Shown here one piece after another: positions 60,258-64,000 of a DNA stretch of 64,000 nucleotides (the stretch's first letter is position 1; the number at the start of each line of letters is the position of its first letter). The stretch is from contig NIVC01000056.1 of NCBI GenBank assembly GCA_002269645.1, positions 1,054,001 to 1,118,000 of the forward strand, in the 5' to 3' direction. The notes beneath the pieces were generated by a model that was not told where the DNA came from, ran no database searches, and saw only the letters and a program-made list of their open reading frames with translations. Source of the DNA: Macrostomum lignano (Eukaryota). The position numbers and the translations under genes are program-made.

Positions 60258-60810
60258 CAGCAACTGATGATCTGGGAGGCTGGCCCAGCAACTGAGGATC
60301 TGGGAGGCTGGCCTAGCAACTGAGGATCTGGGAGGCTGACCCAGCAACTGCGGATCTGGGAGGCTGGCCCAGCAACTGACACTCTGGGAGGCTGGCCCAC
60401 CAACTGAGGATCTGGACGCTGACCCAGCAACTGAGGATCTGGGAGGCTGGCCCAGCAACTAAGGATCTGGGAAGGTGGCCCAGCAACTGAGGATCTGGGA
60501 CGCTGACCCAGCAACTGAGGATCTGGGAGGCTGGCCCAGCAACTGAGGATCTGGGAGGCTGGCCCAGCAACTGAGGATCTGGGAGGCTGGCCCAGCAACT
60601 GAGGATCTGGACGCTGACCCAGCAACTGAGGATCTGGGAGGCTGGCCCAGCAACTGAGGATCTGGGAGGCTGGCCCAGCAACTGAGGATCTGGACGCTGA
60701 CCCAGCAACTAAGGATCTGGGAGGCTGGCCCAGCAACTGAGGATCTGGGAGGCTGGCCCAGCAATTAAGGATCTGGGAGGCTGGCCCAGCAACTAAGGAT
60801 CTGGGAAGGT
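60258..60810. repeat. 28-bp minisatellite
   Basis: Tandem CTGAGGATCTGGGAGGCTGGCCCAGCAA. Confidence 0.96.
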
Positions 60811-61249
60811 GGTTGGTTAATTACCTTCAAGTGTTTAACCAACGTTTGGGTTTTCATGCTGGTATAACAAGAGATATATTGACAAAAAACATTTAAAGCA
60901 TAACTTACAAGCAACAATGGGCTCAAATGGTTGCATAAATTCCTCATCAAAAGCCAGATCTAAGCCAGCTTGCAGTAAAGAGTCTTGCAGACCATATGAG
61001 TAGCTAGATGATCGATTTAGATTACCATTAGTGCCAGAGAATCCCATAGTATCAGTTGACTAGAAATATAAAGAAAAATATTTAATTTTCAACTGTATAA
61101 TTTTTAACTTCAGAAACATTTTCAAGTATCAAATCGAAGTTACTTACAAAATCAAGCCAAGTAGGACAGGTCATCTTGAATAAAAACTGAAATAAAAATT
61201 GAAATAGTGTGTGTAATCATTTAGCAATATAAAGAAGTAATCCAATATA

Positions 61250-61886
61250 CACTCAGCAACAGTCAAAACTGCCACCCCACCAAGAGAGGTGACTTCTCTC
61301 TCACCTCAACTGCAAGTGATGCAACTTGCGCCATGGTGTGGCTAAAGCTTGGTGAGAGTGAATGCAGGAGAGGGCAATCAAGGGATGCAGGGGATGCCCC
61401 ATCTGCTTCTTTCACCCCACATTAGATAGAGCAGGGTGGCTAGTGCAGTCGGAGTTCGCCTGACAATCTGCAGCAGACATTGATTTGCCCTGGCTATTGA
61501 GCTGCGGAGATCATGGCACTGGCTGCCTATGGCTGCGTGCTGAACATTACTTAGTATCTTGGGACTTCATTAACAGCACTTGAATTGTTGAATGTGATCA
61601 GCCAAATTGGCAAGCAACTGCGCTGATGGATACACCAGCTTCTAGCATGCCAACAACAACAATGCACTATCATTCAGCATCTGTCATATGCCTGACCTGA
61701 CCATTGTCACGTCCACATGTACTGTAGCACCCCTAACCCTAACCCTAGTCCCTTTTGTACTCTCACCCTGGAATTCACTCTTACCTAGCTTTAGCCATGC
61801 CATGGCGCAAGTTACGTTACTTGCAGTTGAGGTGAGAGAGAAGTCGCCTCTCTTGGTAGGGTGGCAGTTTTGACTATTGCTGAGTA
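61250..61886. mobile_element. ~637-bp MITE with ~130-bp imperfect TIRs and a TA target-site duplication (Tc1/mariner-type)
   Basis: The left end TA|CACTCAGCAACAGTCAAAACTGCCACCCCACCAAGAGAGGTGACTTCTCTCTCACCTCAACTGCAAGT... is the reverse complement of the right end ...ACTTGCAGTTGAGGTGAGAGAGAAGTCGCCTCTCTTGGTAGGGTGGCAGTTTTGACTATTGCTGAGTA|TA. No internal ORF. Confidence 0.88.
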
Positions 61887-64000
61887 TAAGTTAGTTAAGT
61901 AGTTAAGCATTTTTTGAAAATTATGCTATAAATTAGTTAGGCCTAATTTTTATAACTTAAGTCATAAGATAATAAATCTATGGTTCTTAAGGATTTAAAT
62001 AGGCCTAGGTTTAGTAATTGTTTACTTTTAAAGTTAATACTAAGGATAAGGTAATTTTAAGTGGCTTTACAATATAAGAAATCTTAATAAAAAAAATTTA
62101 AAATTTAAAAAATTAAGCAATGAAAAAATATTTTATTGCTAATGCCTTTGTTCCTTAGTAAACCTCTAGGCTCTAGCTAGGCCTAGGCTATAAGCCTATT
62201 TATACATAGCTTAAACCAATAGGCTTATATCAATACAATAGCCTATTGTTAAGTTAAACATCAATAGACCATGATTCATAGACGATTATATAAGGGTTTG
62301 AATTTTAAAAACTAGCTAGACTATTGAATTAACAAGGCATACACCTAATAGTTAACAGAACAAACAAAAACAAAGCAAGCGAAACATATAAATGGCAGCT
62401 AAAAGGCAATAACTAGCTCGTATGCCTTAGGCAGTATGGCTATAGCCTGTAGTCATTACCAATTACCATAGCATAGGAAAATTTTTAGGGATCGAAAAAT
62501 TAATCCGCTTTTTACACAATGAATGATAACAGACAACAATAAAATAAAGTTAAACGTATTTATAAGCCTATTTTTATTTTCCAATATACTAAAAATTCTT
62601 AACTGTAAATATTGGCATAAATTAATTATACAATACGGTCTGGATATTTAATTTATAGTCACCCGAACCGCAAAAATTAACTTCGTGCGACTTACTAAAC
62701 TGTTATTAATAAACAAAGCGAATGCGTATATCGAAAGGTAATCTTCTAGTAAAAAGTCCACGCATGTAAATAACAGTTTTTGTTTTTAAAAAAAGGCACA
62801 TAACTGTTGATTTTATCTGTTTTCCTGACTATCGCGCTATGTCTGTTAAGAGTCAAATCAGAGTTGCTTGAATTAATTTATTTCATTTAGGGCAGGATGG
62901 GTAGCAGAACATATGTTATTTGTGGCTAATAGTGTAATAGTGTAATAAGAATTTAGTCTCCACTGAACGCCAATATCGGTCCGTCTGACTATGGTACGTG
63001 GCTATTCATAGGTAAGATGATACATGGAGCAACAGAAAAATGTTTTGCATGTAACAACCCGTCAAGCAGATAAAATAGGAAATACATATGTATTTACACC
63101 TTTATGGCTTAAAATGTACAATCCAAAGTCTATAGTGGCCTAAACAGAACCCACAAGCTACGAGAGACAGCTAGCCTGACCATGATTAGATGGATTCACA
63201 TAAATAATTATTGTCCCTTGCTTATCGGGCGGCCCCATTTGGGGAGCACTACATTGGCAGTAAAAATCCTAAAAACCCCATATACTAACAGACTGCAATA
63301 CTTTTTTTTCAGATCTCTAAGTATTATACAAGCTCAATTACTCCACTGCACTGCTTCCAGCTGTGCATAAAAACTTTCACAGACCAGAAATTTAAGTACG
63401 AGAGTGTATGAAAGATTACTATCTAGCAGTTTAGTTTCACACTGTAAAAGATAGAGAAAATATTAAAAATATAAGTCACGCCTCGTATATGAAGTATTAT
63501 AAATTTATGCTATTGTGTGGATCACTATTATTTAAAAAATGAACAGACAGTTTATTTTTACGATTTTAAATTCACAGGTGAAACACTTGTTCGTCATGTG
63601 CGTTAAAATTCAATACCAAATGTTTTTGTCAACACAAGTACTAAAATAATGCCAAGTTAGAACAATATTAACAATCTATTCTAACAGAAACACTAAGAAG
63701 TGGATCTAATTAACATCAAGTTATATTCTTTGCGATAGAATTTTCAAGACTACTTATAGTAAGCGTTCACGGGTCATTAACGACAGTTCGCTAAAAGGGT
63801 TAATACGATATCCAAAAATAAGCAAATAGGAAAAAATACTTGCAAAATTTGGGCAGACTAAACCTCAGAAATCCATCTGTTCAACCTACTTAACGAAAGA
63901 TCAACATTTTTGCTGGATTCATGAAAGAATTAACCGCATAAATGTCTACTAAAAGTTCATTTCTGTTTAAATCGTTTCGTAGCATTATGGAATATAGCTG

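Overview
Eukaryotic (animal) genomic DNA, not prokaryotic. It has GT-AG spliced genes and a very high density of micro- and minisatellites, and it contains no CRISPR array, rRNA or intact tRNA gene that I can see. The style resembles the flatworm Macrostomum lignano, but that is an inference and is unconfirmed. Genes reconstructed by hand from splice sites and reading phase: (1) a secreted ~893-aa protein with three hemicentin-type vWA domains and a long His/Gly-rich tail (5288-8883, +); (2) a KCNMB/TipE-type two-TM channel auxiliary subunit (13135-14539, -); (3) a PLAC8/cornifelin protein (23676-24125, +); (4) a secreted single-domain phospholipase B1-like GDSL lipase (26577-34069, -); (5) a PP1 glycogen-targeting subunit (PPP1R3/CBM21) interrupted by an in-frame TAA (35864-38695, +); (6) an equilibrative nucleoside transporter (40874-43068, +); (7) a carboxypeptidase B-like M14A proenzyme (45250-53690, +); (8) part of a probable RUN-domain gene (55598-~60150, -). 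Mobile DNA comprises decayed RTE-like LINEs, a 5'-truncated RNase H-bearing LINE with a 9-bp TSD, two tRNA-derived SINE families (one with a MIR/CORE-like segment) and three MITE-like elements. Most long ORFs in the supplied track are tandem-repeat artefacts. The best candidate for undescribed biology is the 3x vWA + (His-Gly)n secreted protein, a possible metal-crosslinked structural or adhesive matrix protein.
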